58,678 nucleotides of DNA from a virus (Duplodnaviria; Caudoviricetes): IMG/VR virus record IMGVR_UViG_3300045972_000025, positions 1-58,678 of that record; one strand, written 5' to 3'. Under the pieces are notes generated by a model that was not told the origin of the DNA, ran no database searches, and saw only the letters and a program-made list of their open reading frames with translations. Of the stretch, positions 18,170-27,927 are shown one piece after another; position 1 is the stretch's first letter; the number at the start of each line of letters is the position of its first letter. A program made the position numbers and the translations under genes.

Positions 18170-20704
18170 ATGAAGAAACTATCTGCAGATATATTTAAAA
18201 GTGTAGTGGCTAGCGAGGCCTTTGATCATTTAGAGGCTAAGACTGAAACTAGTGATTCAGTCTCTAATAGTTTAGAGGGTCGTGAAAAGCCAACTAATCC
18301 TCGCGCAGAGAATACTCATGCAAAGTTTGCTGGGTTCTATGAGGATTATCTGCAGAAAGCTCTTAACGACATTCACAAGGAATGGCGTGACAAGAATTAT
18401 ACTCTTGAGCAGATGCTAGAGAATCTACCAACCGATACCCACAAGATGTTGTTCGCTCTTGCTAAGCTCCATTATCAAGTACAGAATGGTGGTTTCCAGC
18501 AGTGGATTGACAATGGGTATGCTGGTAATGGACAGGGTGATCTATTAATCCAGGATCTACCTACTCAGGGTGTCCTCGGTAATATTCGTGCTATTCTAAT
18601 CCGTGTACTAGAAGCGTTACAAGATCATGCTGAAGAGAATGATTCTGAATGCCATTCCTTTGATGATGCTGAAGAAGTTCTAAGAAGCACGAGCAATTCA
18701 GATAGAGATACATGGACTATCTTCTGTGAAAGTAATCCTTCTGAAGTAGCCAGTATTGAACAGTGTCTCGGATTTGATCTAGAATCACACCAGATGGAGA
18801 TTCAATTCGATACTGATGAGATTCCAGTAGAAGAAGTCAAGAAATTACCTCAGCAGTTAGAAGATATGTCTGATTGCGACGCCTGGATGAGTTTCATTGA
18901 TGATCACGAGCAATCTACAGTCATGCAGTGGCTTGATCTAGATGAATCTGGTCTAAGAGAGTTCGAAACTGGTCTCGGTGAACTCTACAAATTCTTTAAT
19001 GCCTTTAATGCATGGGAACGCAATGGTGGTGATACAAGCGATCTAGAAGGTAATCTTGACAACTGTGATACAGATTACTACAGATCGGTTGAGAATGATG
19101 AAGAGTATTTCCAAGAAGTCTCTAATTTCTTAGAAACCCTCGAACCTAATGTGGCCAGTTTGAAAGCATCATTTAAATTAGGCTCCATGGTCACCCCTTA
19201 TAATTCAAGACCCTTCAGGGTTATCGCTGCTGCTAATACCACTGATGACTATAGAATCCAAGCTCGCTATCTTGATGGTTCAATAGAAAGCTTGAATAAG
19301 AAAAAGCTAGCTGTTCTAACAAATTCCCTCGGTACACTACAAAGACGCTTCTCAAACTTTATGCGAACTGCTTACAACAAAGATTTTGACTTGTATGTCA
19401 AAACCGCCATCCGGGAAGCTGGGCTTCCCGTAGATGACGATATGAATTGGAGCAACTTCCTAGAGAAGATCTATAAGAGTGTATCTAATGACCCAGATCT
19501 CCGTGATGAGGTAGCTCACCACATGATCATCACTCATCTTTATCATCTTAGAACTTTGAACAAGTTCGATGCTAAACGTGGTCCTGATCAGGATAACGAA
19601 TTGGCTAAGAAGGTCACTACCTTCTTAAAGAAGATGTTCAGTTACTCAGTATCCAAGGCTAGAGATTGGATCGGGGTCAACTATGGATATGGTAAGACAG
19701 TTAAGGAAGAAGTCACTAATCCTGAGACTGGTAAAAGAGAAGAAGGAATGGTCTTTAAGAAAGAGATCCAGCCTGAATACTCTGTTGGTGATCAAACCTT
19801 CAATATCCTAGATAATCATTCTGTCAATGATGATCACTCTGATATAGAATCTTCACAAGATTTCTTGGATTTTAAGAATGCTTTCTATCCTTGGTTGATC
19901 CAGGACATGGGTAAGATTGTAGGACCTAATCTTGTTACTCTTTTCGAAGCTACATTAAATAATGAAGATCCTGATGCTGTGTGGGAAGAATTCAAAACTA
20001 AGACAAGTAAGTCTTACTCATACTACAAGAAGGCTGTTGCTAATCTTAGAGAATGCATAAGAAAGTTCGTTGCTACCGGAAAAGTGGACACAACTAACCT
20101 ATTAGTTAGATTAGTGAATGACTACAATAAGAAGCTACAGAAGATGGTTCCAAAAGAACAACCTGTCACCAGTTCATTAGAGGAGAACAAAGTGGGTAAG
20201 TTAGCTGAATTAATCGCAAAGAAGAAACTAGCTGCTAAAGCTACTGAAGTAAAAGCAACACCATCTAAGTACGCTAAGCTTAAGAGATTAGCTGCTGATG
20301 AACCTGAAGCCATTGGTGAAGCCATCGCTGAGCTTCGTGATAAGTTCATGTCTCAGGTAGAAGCTCTAGATGCATTGGCCGAGAACCTAAATCTAACTCC
20401 TGAAGATGTAGAACCAGGTTTAGAGGGTGTAGAACCTGAAGCTGAATTCTCAGAGTTCGAAGCTGAGAAATCTTCTTCCAAGAAAGCTAGCAAGTTTGCT
20501 GCTGGTCTTCGTCGTACCGCTGATGAAGAGCCTGAAGAAGTAGAGATTTCTCTCAACGAGATCTATTCTAACATCGATGTGTTGGCTCAGGGTGTAGAAA
20601 ATCTAGCTGATAACCTTGGTGTTGAACTCGTTGAAGAGCCCTCTGAAGAAGAGGCAGAGGAATCCACCGAAGAAGCTGAAACTGAAGAAGCTCCAGCTGA
20701 GTAA
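18170..20704 (+). CDS. Multidomain putative internal head protein: DUF4375/DMP19-like domain + sigma70-region-2-like domain + acidic repeats
   Basis: YQVQNGGFQQWIDNGY at 18473; LNKFDAKRG...VTTFLKKMF near 19562; repeated ADEP/DEEP...LAENL/LADNL at the C-terminus; K/R-x-A motifs. Confidence 0.5.
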   Translation: MKKLSADIFKSVVASEAFDHLEAKTETSDSVSNSLEGREKPTNPRAENTHAKFAGFYEDYLQKALNDIHKEWRDKNYTLEQMLENLPTDTHKMLFALAKLHYQVQNGGFQQWIDNGYAGNGQGDLLIQDLPTQGVLGNIRAILIRVLEALQDHAEENDSECHSFDDAEEVLRSTSNSDRDTWTIFCESNPSEVASIEQCLGFDLESHQMEIQFDTDEIPVEEVKKLPQQLEDMSDCDAWMSFIDDHEQSTVMQWLDLDESGLREFETGLGELYKFFNAFNAWERNGGDTSDLEGNLDNCDTDYYRSVENDEEYFQEVSNFLETLEPNVASLKASFKLGSMVTPYNSRPFRVIAAANTTDDYRIQARYLDGSIESLNKKKLAVLTNSLGTLQRRFSNFMRTAYNKDFDLYVKTAIREAGLPVDDDMNWSNFLEKIYKSVSNDPDLRDEVAHHMIITHLYHLRTLNKFDAKRGPDQDNELAKKVTTFLKKMFSYSVSKARDWIGVNYGYGKTVKEEVTNPETGKREEGMVFKKEIQPEYSVGDQTFNILDNHSVNDDHSDIESSQDFLDFKNAFYPWLIQDMGKIVGPNLVTLFEATLNNEDPDAVWEEFKTKTSKSYSYYKKAVANLRECIRKFVATGKVDTTNLLVRLVNDYNKKLQKMVPKEQPVTSSLEENKVGKLAELIAKKKLAAKATEVKATPSKYAKLKRLAADEPEAIGEAIAELRDKFMSQVEALDALAENLNLTPEDVEPGLEGVEPEAEFSEFEAEKSSSKKASKFAAGLRRTADEEPEEVEISLNEIYSNIDVLAQGVENLADNLGVELVEEPSEEEAEESTEEAETEEAPAE

Positions 20705-20720
20705 CGAAAAATAGTATTCG

Positions 20721-20755
20721 ATAAAATAGCTCACTGAAAATGTGAGCTATTTTAT
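20721..20755. terminator. Intrinsic terminator (potentially bidirectional)
   Basis: ataaaatagctcac-tgaaaat-gtgagctattttat. Confidence 0.75.
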
Positions 20756-20818
20756 TATTCGTTGGTAATAATTAAGGTAACTACCTTGTATTAGGATTTT
20801 ATAAATGAGAAAATTAGC

Positions 20819-21565
20819 ATGAGTCCTGAATCATCTGTTTATTTCGACTCTATCATTAGTAAACGTTCAGTAGAAGCATATGAACAGGATGAGGAAAAGT
20901 TCTTAGATCAGACAGTCTCTTTAGAGACTCAAAATGATTTGATAGAAGAACACATCTCCATGTATATAAAGGAGAATTTCTTAGATTTCCTCAAGATACT
21001 ACGTAGTATAAGCATCGAAGATCAGGAACTCTTACTCAGCTACTATATGATAAGTAAACCCCAATGGTGTCTAGCCAAAGTACATAGAAGTACCCAGACA
21101 ATATGTAGTTTTAAGATTCGTATGGCTGTAAAGAAACTAGGGGCTATTATAATCTTCGGTACAGAACCATGTCTCAAGAAAATGAGTGCTGTACTCGAAT
21201 CTAACAATCTAGAATCTATCCATAAAACAGTCAAGACCTCTATATTAATAGATGATTATAGAAAGTATAGAAATTTCTCCATCGTAGCTAAAAAGAATAA
21301 TATTCATAGACCAGATGTTAGAAGAATCTTATCCCAGGTATCTAAGATCCTATTAGCGAAGGAGGACGAATTAAGTCTGTCCTTAGGAGCTATGGTATAT
21401 GGCTTGATAGATAAGGCTTCAGCTAACGGCCAGGGTTTTAGTAAGAGAAAACTAGATAAGATGAGCTTCTTGTATAAAGAGGATCCTGAAATACTAGGAT
21501 CCTTCTGTATAGATGTAGAGGATAAGGCGTTCGAACATGTTATGGTATCCCGTGCTAACCATTAA
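20819..21565 (+). CDS. Sigma70 region-4-like HTH protein (putative transcription factor)
   Basis: LRSISIEDQELLLSYYMISKPQWCLAKVHRSTQTICSFKIRMAVKKL resembles sigma region 4; a second HTH-like segment NFSIVAKKNNIHRPDVRRIL follows. Confidence 0.5.
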   Translation: MSPESSVYFDSIISKRSVEAYEQDEEKFLDQTVSLETQNDLIEEHISMYIKENFLDFLKILRSISIEDQELLLSYYMISKPQWCLAKVHRSTQTICSFKIRMAVKKLGAIIIFGTEPCLKKMSAVLESNNLESIHKTVKTSILIDDYRKYRNFSIVAKKNNIHRPDVRRILSQVSKILLAKEDELSLSLGAMVYGLIDKASANGQGFSKRKLDKMSFLYKEDPEILGSFCIDVEDKAFEHVMVSRANH

Positions 21566-21568
21566 ATA

Positions 21569-21591
21569 ACTTCTCTCCCCTATTAATGATG
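21569..21591 (+). promoter_or_regulatory. Putative late promoter
   Basis: acttc-tctcccct-attaatgatg (N8 variant). Confidence 0.5.
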
Positions 21592-21619
21592 ACTTATATC
21601 TGCAGTCTAGGGGGATTAT

Positions 21620-21934
21620 ATGGCGAGTCAAAATAGAAAAGCAGCCCACAGGTTGCAATCTGACTCAGATTTAGCTAATGAGGTATACGATTCTTTGTTA
21701 CCAAAGATGGCATCAGCTAACTTCGTTATAAATAGATTAGGCTTAGTTCGTGTAGCTGGTAACATGTATGAATGTCCATCTACAAAAGATTTCTGGCAGG
21801 TTAAAGAAGGTAAGATCATGCGTCTTACTTCTACCAATGAGGTTGATAATTCAGAGTCCTTGGTGGCTGCTGATTCAACTGATCCAGAAGCAAGTCTAAA
21901 ACAGATATTAGCTGATTTAGAATTCTACGATTAA
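21620..21934 (+). CDS. Hypothetical protein
   Basis: 104-aa ORF with RBS; contains KMAS motif. Confidence 0.6.
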   Translation: MASQNRKAAHRLQSDSDLANEVYDSLLPKMASANFVINRLGLVRVAGNMYECPSTKDFWQVKEGKIMRLTSTNEVDNSESLVAADSTDPEASLKQILADLEFYD

Positions 21935-21943
21935 GGAAACAAA

Positions 21944-23248
21944 ATGACTAAATTTTATGCATCAATCATAGACCAGATTCTAGACGATGTAGCCCCTTCC
22001 TATGAGAATACTAAGGAAGAGAAAGGTAATGGAGATGCTATTCGCTCCATTACTAAGGATAAGTCGGATAATCTGTTATCTGAACTCGGTGGTAAATCTC
22101 ACCACACTGTAGTCCCTTCTGGGATCATAGCTAATAGAGAAGATTGGAGAGATCAGACCAGTAAATCCTTCGATGATGGGTCTGTACTAGCTTCTGCTCT
22201 TAAGGCTGCATCTGGTGAATCAATCGATGGTTTAGAGAAGAAGATGCTCTCTGATAAAGAGATCCAGAGCAAGATCGATGCTATGTTGCATCTCGGTTGG
22301 AATCCTGATAGAGTAGGACAGAATCTTAACAAGATTGCTGAACTAGCTGTATTCAATAGAGGATTAGCTGCTGATTATCTAAATGATCGTGCTGGTCTTG
22401 TAGGTCTATCATACATTGAACCTAATCATTTCATGAAGAGTTCTGGATCTAAGGGCTGCATCGAGACATTCAATAAGATTAAGAGAGAAGGTACTTTAAA
22501 GGCTGCTAGCGTAAAGAAGACATCAGCTTGTGACTCTTGCAGTCATTGTGCTGGTAACAGATGCACCCTTTATAGACTACCTATTGTAGCTAGCAATCAA
22601 GAGCTACAGACTGTAGTCAATCAGGTTACAGCTCGTGTTGGTAAGAAAGCTAGTAAGCAAGCCCTTGTTGATATCCACAATGGTGCTCAGGAAGAATCTA
22701 ATACAATGGCCCCCAGAGTTCAGTCTGATTATAGTATCAGATCTGCTGGTGATAAGCAGGTAGCTGAAGAAACTGTTATAACAGCTACTGATTTCAGAAA
22801 GGCTATCGAAGCTGGTAAATCATTCAATGAAGCTTTCGTAGAAGCTCGCTCAAAAGCTGGTACACTCAAGGCTAAGAATGCTGCTAAGAATTATATTAAT
22901 GAATTGAAGAAGACCGGATCCAAAGTCAATCTTGATCGTATCGATTGTAAGTACTTGACTGGGAAGCTAGCTTCTAAGAATGCTATAGTAGGTTCCAAGA
23001 AGTGTGCTGGATGCACTTTCAGAACTGGTATGCACTGTGGTATGACTGGTGGTACTCTCCTAACTTTCCCTGGTCTCGATAGAGTAAACACCAATAAGAA
23101 CGCTAGTGAGAATGTAGAATATGATGGTAATACACTTAATTCTCAGGTAGGTCTTGATACTAGTGTCCAACAGGATTTCCAGGTAGAAATTAAAGAGATC
23201 ACTAGACATGATGTTGATCTCGGTACCTTTGGCGTCGGAGAGATCTAA
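21944..23248 (+). CDS. Hypothetical protein with two Cys-rich (CxxC...C) motifs
   Basis: CDSCSHCAGNRCTLY at 22529 and CAGCTFRTGMHCGM at 23003; K-x-AS motifs. Confidence 0.6.
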   Translation: MTKFYASIIDQILDDVAPSYENTKEEKGNGDAIRSITKDKSDNLLSELGGKSHHTVVPSGIIANREDWRDQTSKSFDDGSVLASALKAASGESIDGLEKKMLSDKEIQSKIDAMLHLGWNPDRVGQNLNKIAELAVFNRGLAADYLNDRAGLVGLSYIEPNHFMKSSGSKGCIETFNKIKREGTLKAASVKKTSACDSCSHCAGNRCTLYRLPIVASNQELQTVVNQVTARVGKKASKQALVDIHNGAQEESNTMAPRVQSDYSIRSAGDKQVAEETVITATDFRKAIEAGKSFNEAFVEARSKAGTLKAKNAAKNYINELKKTGSKVNLDRIDCKYLTGKLASKNAIVGSKKCAGCTFRTGMHCGMTGGTLLTFPGLDRVNTNKNASENVEYDGNTLNSQVGLDTSVQQDFQVEIKEITRHDVDLGTFGVGEI

Positions 23249-23746
23249 GTGTCTGAAGTAGATATTCTTTTTGATGAGAATGATAGAGTAGTCCTAGAAG
23301 GGTCCTATGACTCTAGAGCTGGGAACTATAATAAGATAATGGATCTAGTTAATGATCCAGATGCTCCTCTAACACTCATCAACAGAATGATTGCTGTTGA
23401 GATGGCCAATGTCATCAAAGAGATCTCTGGTATTGCATCTAATCCATTATCTCAAGTCAGTTTGAAAACCAGAGAAGCTCAGGTAAAATCATTAAGAGAA
23501 TTATCTAAGACTCTCCAAGAGAATGAAACTCTCTCTAAACGAGATGTATTAAACTTTGATGGTCCTAAGTTTCAGTATGCTGTTCGTGAGATAGTAACCA
23601 TGATGAAGAAATCTATCATCCAGGCTGGCTATCCAGAAGAAAAAGCTAATGATATTCTTAGAACTTTCAGAGATATGATGGCTGTACGTGAACCTGAGTT
23701 AAGAAGAGAAGTAGAAAAAGTAGAAATTACTAAATCGGAGAAATAA
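23249..23746 (+). CDS. Hypothetical helical protein (terminase small subunit candidate)
   Basis: 165-aa helical ORF abutting both neighbours; function is a guess from size and location. Confidence 0.35.
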   Translation: MSEVDILFDENDRVVLEGSYDSRAGNYNKIMDLVNDPDAPLTLINRMIAVEMANVIKEISGIASNPLSQVSLKTREAQVKSLRELSKTLQENETLSKRDVLNFDGPKFQYAVREIVTMMKKSIIQAGYPEEKANDILRTFRDMMAVREPELRREVEKVEITKSEK

Positions 23747-26404
23747 ATGGCAACCAAGTCTTATAGATCATACCTTTCTTTCACTGCCCCTGATGAGATG
23801 ATTGCTCAAGTAGCCGAAGCTATCAAGACACAAGGTGTCAAAGAGGCTAACAAAGGCAATGTAGCTAAGTTAGAGATCTGCAAGAAATCATATAGAGAAG
23901 ACATCGTTATCGGTGATCTTTATGTAGTCCCAGCCTCAGTGTGTAAGAACGCTAAGGATTTCCCTATAGCCTTACTAGCCTCTGGTGCTTTCAAGAAACT
24001 GAATGCTGAAGAAGCTGTCGAAGCCAGACTCCAGTTCTTAGCATCAGAAGATATGTCTAAAGAAACTCTCAAGCTAGCTAAAGAGATGCTATTCACTAAC
24101 GATCAGGGAGAGGTTTCTGATCTAGTGGTATTCCATCCAGCTTGGGCTAACATTGCTGACGTAAAGGTAATCCATCTTAATCCTGAGACATTGTTCTTAG
24201 ATCTCAGAGATAAGGTGTTCACTGCATTATATAATCCAACATTATCTAATTCTTTCGAACAGATCAAGGCATTAACTGGTGCCTACAGAGTTGAGTCTAT
24301 CCCACTCCAGCAGCATGTCTTTAAGACTCCTAGTTATGGCACAGCTTACCCTGAATTCGCTAAAGGATCTGAGATCGAAGCTACAGAGACTAAGGTTAAG
24401 CTCGGTGATCCTGATGCGGCTGGTAAATCAGTTGGTAAGGACGCAGTAAAGGCTCTGAATATCAAGACTACATTCCGACTCATTGCTAGCTCTGTTGTTC
24501 CTGCTGAGACCAAGCGTAAGAAGATTCGTCTGTCTGCTGCTCATATAAATGAATTAGAAGAATCTATCCTAGAACCTGAAGAATTAGAGCTATTCAATCG
24601 TGTAGAAGATGTCCTAGATAATAAGAATATAAAAGCTAGCTCTGAGACTGGTCTTCGTAATAGAGAAGATTATGGATCTCCTGATTCTAAAGAGAATGTA
24701 AGTTCTGCTGATGTAGATGGTCCTGATCCTAAGAAAGCTACTCAAGATGTAGATCAGGATGCTCGTATGGTTCTGAAGAAGATCCGTATCGATCTCAGAA
24801 AGATGGAAGATTCTGGAGAAGAGTCTGAACCAGCTAAGTATGACAAGCTATTCAATGACTACCTCAAATTAGAGAATTTCGTCAGAACAAATGGTAAGGA
24901 TGGTTCTGGAGAGGTACAACAGATAATCCAAGATCATATGCAGAATATGCCTGATGCTTCTAAGGAAATCCAGGATGTTAAGGATCTCCCAGCTAAGGTT
25001 GAAGCTGATCAGGTCGTAGTAGAAATGCCTAAGGAAGAGTTCGTAAAAGAACATGAGAAGCTTGTTAAGACTCTCGAAGAAGGTACTGATAGTGAGCAGT
25101 TCGAAGAAGGTGAGAAGCAGGATGAGGAATTAAAAGAAGTAGAAGCTGCTGCCTCTGGATCTTCTGCTTATCGTGTGGACACTTGGTTCGAACGTGGAGA
25201 AGGTCAAGTCACCTTATATAAGGGTGATGAAGAGATCGCTTCCTGGTCTGGTGAAGAACTCGTTGAGTTAGTAGAAGATGGATACCTAAGTCCTAAGGAC
25301 TGGTTGAAGTCAGCTATCGAATATGCTGAGATGCATGGGTTATTAAAAGAAGCTTCCCAAGAAGAAATCTTAACAGAACAGCTTCCAATGAATGCTGATG
25401 ATTGGTTTCAGTATGAGAAGTTAGAAGATTCTGAGCAGTTGAATCCTGTACCTGTCACTGCTTCCTCTGATAGTAAGTGGAGTGTAAAGTGGTCAGAGTT
25501 CAATGCTAAGGATCAGGTAGTTAATAAGACAAGAGAGTTCGCTACCGAGAAAGCTCGTACAAAGTTCACTAAGCAGTTACAAGATCATGCTAATTTCAAG
25601 CGTTTCGAAGCATGGGCCGATCCTACACCAGAAAAGAAAGAAGCATATGGTGAGAAGATAGAACCCAAGTTAGCCTTCACTCTCATGGTTCCTGGTCAAG
25701 TATTAGAAGGTTTCTATCCTGAGCTAGCTGAACAGCTAGAGATTCAACCAATGGGTAGAGAATATAATCATTCTCCTTCTCCTGAGATGCTCCAACGTAG
25801 CTTGGATCAGCAGGATTCAGGTGATGAGACAAAGGGCCCAGCTGGTGTAGGCCTAGGACCTAACGAACCTCAGGGTCAGGCAGCTCCATTACGTAAAGAG
25901 CTATCATTACGTGGTCCTGGATTCACCAATACATTCTATACACCACATGATGATCTAGATCCTAGTTCATTAATGATGGCTAGCAAGAAAGGGTCTAAGA
26001 CTGCCAGTGTAGAGAACAAGGCTAAGCTCGCTGACGTTCTGAAGAAGATCTGTGGCCAAGTTGCTGCATCTCTCGTAGCTGGATTCCAGTTAACCTCTAG
26101 ACCATTATTCACTGATGTACCTCAGGAGTGGACTCTGGATCTAGCTAGCTTAGAGAGTGGCATTCAATCTATCAGTGCTGGTATCATGCCTGTACAGCAG
26201 ACTGGCTTCGGCTTCAAGGCTCTTGGTGCTGATCTCAACGACTCTGATATGGTAGAGGCTCTCAACACTGCATGGGCTCAAGCTGCTGTATGGAACGATG
26301 AGGGTGATACTGGATTCACATATGAAGTATTCGTCCGTGCTGAGAAGCTCGATCTAGAAGCCCTTACTCTTAAACTAAAGTATGTGATCAAGAAGAAGGA
26401 TTGA
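23747..26404 (+). CDS. Large acidic protein; putative internal head protein
   Basis: 885 aa; domain-sized blocks separated by IKAS, KEAS, VTAS, KKEA and KTAS motifs. Confidence 0.5.
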   Translation: MATKSYRSYLSFTAPDEMIAQVAEAIKTQGVKEANKGNVAKLEICKKSYREDIVIGDLYVVPASVCKNAKDFPIALLASGAFKKLNAEEAVEARLQFLASEDMSKETLKLAKEMLFTNDQGEVSDLVVFHPAWANIADVKVIHLNPETLFLDLRDKVFTALYNPTLSNSFEQIKALTGAYRVESIPLQQHVFKTPSYGTAYPEFAKGSEIEATETKVKLGDPDAAGKSVGKDAVKALNIKTTFRLIASSVVPAETKRKKIRLSAAHINELEESILEPEELELFNRVEDVLDNKNIKASSETGLRNREDYGSPDSKENVSSADVDGPDPKKATQDVDQDARMVLKKIRIDLRKMEDSGEESEPAKYDKLFNDYLKLENFVRTNGKDGSGEVQQIIQDHMQNMPDASKEIQDVKDLPAKVEADQVVVEMPKEEFVKEHEKLVKTLEEGTDSEQFEEGEKQDEELKEVEAAASGSSAYRVDTWFERGEGQVTLYKGDEEIASWSGEELVELVEDGYLSPKDWLKSAIEYAEMHGLLKEASQEEILTEQLPMNADDWFQYEKLEDSEQLNPVPVTASSDSKWSVKWSEFNAKDQVVNKTREFATEKARTKFTKQLQDHANFKRFEAWADPTPEKKEAYGEKIEPKLAFTLMVPGQVLEGFYPELAEQLEIQPMGREYNHSPSPEMLQRSLDQQDSGDETKGPAGVGLGPNEPQGQAAPLRKELSLRGPGFTNTFYTPHDDLDPSSLMMASKKGSKTASVENKAKLADVLKKICGQVAASLVAGFQLTSRPLFTDVPQEWTLDLASLESGIQSISAGIMPVQQTGFGFKALGADLNDSDMVEALNTAWAQAAVWNDEGDTGFTYEVFVRAEKLDLEALTLKLKYVIKKKD

Positions 26405-26417
26405 GAGGATTGTCTAC

Positions 26418-27185
26418 ATGCTCTCTCGATTACTTACTAGACATAAACAAGCTGTAGCTCCCACTAAATCCATTAAATCTAGAACATGGTGGCATGGTAC
26501 CACTAGAGAAGCTGCAAACAAAATCATACATGAAGGATTCAAAGCTCGAGAGATAGAATTAGCTAATGATCAAGGTTATCTAGCTCCACAGGAAGGAAGG
26601 ATATACTTCGCTGACTCTATTAAACAAGCATTTAGTTACTCAGCATTGAGAACCGGAGCAATCGGAGCTTCGGGAAATCTTTATATCTTCCAGATTCCAG
26701 GATCGGCTTTCAATGATATAACATTAGATGAAGATACATTAGCTGATATCATTATAGCTTATGCTGGTAAAGATAATCATACCGATGATCATTTAGATTC
26801 TACAGCAGCTATGAACATTAGTATCTATGCTAAGAACAATCCTAGTGTATGTAAGGCAGTATTCGAGATGATGAAAAAGAATCTACCTAGATTTAAAGAG
26901 ATGGTAGATTCTAGTAATTATAATTTCGATGAGTTAGTACCTTTGTGTAAGGCAGCTATTCAGAAAAAGATAGTACCAGATTTCCTTACTCTAAAGATCA
27001 TAGATGAGCTACCAGCTGCTATAACATCTGATGGGGTTATCTGGCCTGATAAACTCTACATAGTCCCATTAGATGGTTACTCTCAAATAGAGAATAATTT
27101 TGAAGTGAACGATTCTTTCGTTCAGGATTTGTGGGAGCATGCTAAATCCCATATGAAGGTAATAGAAGTGAATCATGGTCGCTAA
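26418..27185 (+). CDS. ADP-ribosyltransferase-fold (H-Y-x class) domain protein
   Basis: WWHGT...IIHEGF...GRIYFADSIKQAFSYS, preceded by the leader MLSRLLTRHKQA. Confidence 0.55.
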   Translation: MLSRLLTRHKQAVAPTKSIKSRTWWHGTTREAANKIIHEGFKAREIELANDQGYLAPQEGRIYFADSIKQAFSYSALRTGAIGASGNLYIFQIPGSAFNDITLDEDTLADIIIAYAGKDNHTDDHLDSTAAMNISIYAKNNPSVCKAVFEMMKKNLPRFKEMVDSSNYNFDELVPLCKAAIQKKIVPDFLTLKIIDELPAAITSDGVIWPDKLYIVPLDGYSQIENNFEVNDSFVQDLWEHAKSHMKVIEVNHGR

Positions 27186-27927
27186 AGCAATAACACCTAA
27201 GGAATATTTCATTACAAACCCTATTATACCTAAAAATAGATATACATGTGGTATATATAAGATAGTATGTATAGAAACAGGTAAAATGTATATAGGGAGT
27301 TCTAAAAATATTAGGGGGAGATGGTACGGACACGTCGGAAAATTAGAAGAGAATAAACATCACAGTGATAAGCTACAAAATGCATGGAATAAATATGGAT
27401 CTACATCTTTTGAATTCCACATCATAGAAATATGTATAGACAGAGAGATTAGATTAAATAGAGAACAACAGTATCTGGATTCTTTAGATACATATAATAA
27501 TGGGTATAATAGTACAGATGTGGTTGGGTCTCCTGCACATTCTATAGAGACCAGAATGAAGATGTCTAGAAATAGAAAGGGGAGAAAGTTATCAGAAGAA
27601 CACAAGAGGAGACTATCAGAAGCAAGCCAACACACTCCTCTAAGTAAAGAACATATAGATACCTTGATCACACTTAATAAAACTAGAATATGGTCTGAGG
27701 AATCTAGAAAAAGAATGTCAGAATCTAAGAAAAATCCATCTGTAGATACGAGACAGAAATTACGAGATGCTAATTTAGGTAAGAAACATTCAGAAGAATC
27801 TAAGAAAAAGATGTCTGATACACGCCTCGGAAAACCATGTCATTCAGAAGAATCTAAGAGTAAGATAAGGGAAGCTCAGAACAGGCGATGGGCTAAATGG
27901 AGGGAAAAGAATGGCAAGGCTAAATAA
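27175..27927 (+). mobile_element. Free-standing GIY-YIG homing endonuclease with NUMOD3 repeats
   Basis: CGIYKI...MYIGSS...RW..H; repeated HSEESKKKMS-type motifs; overlaps the terminase start. Confidence 0.9.
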
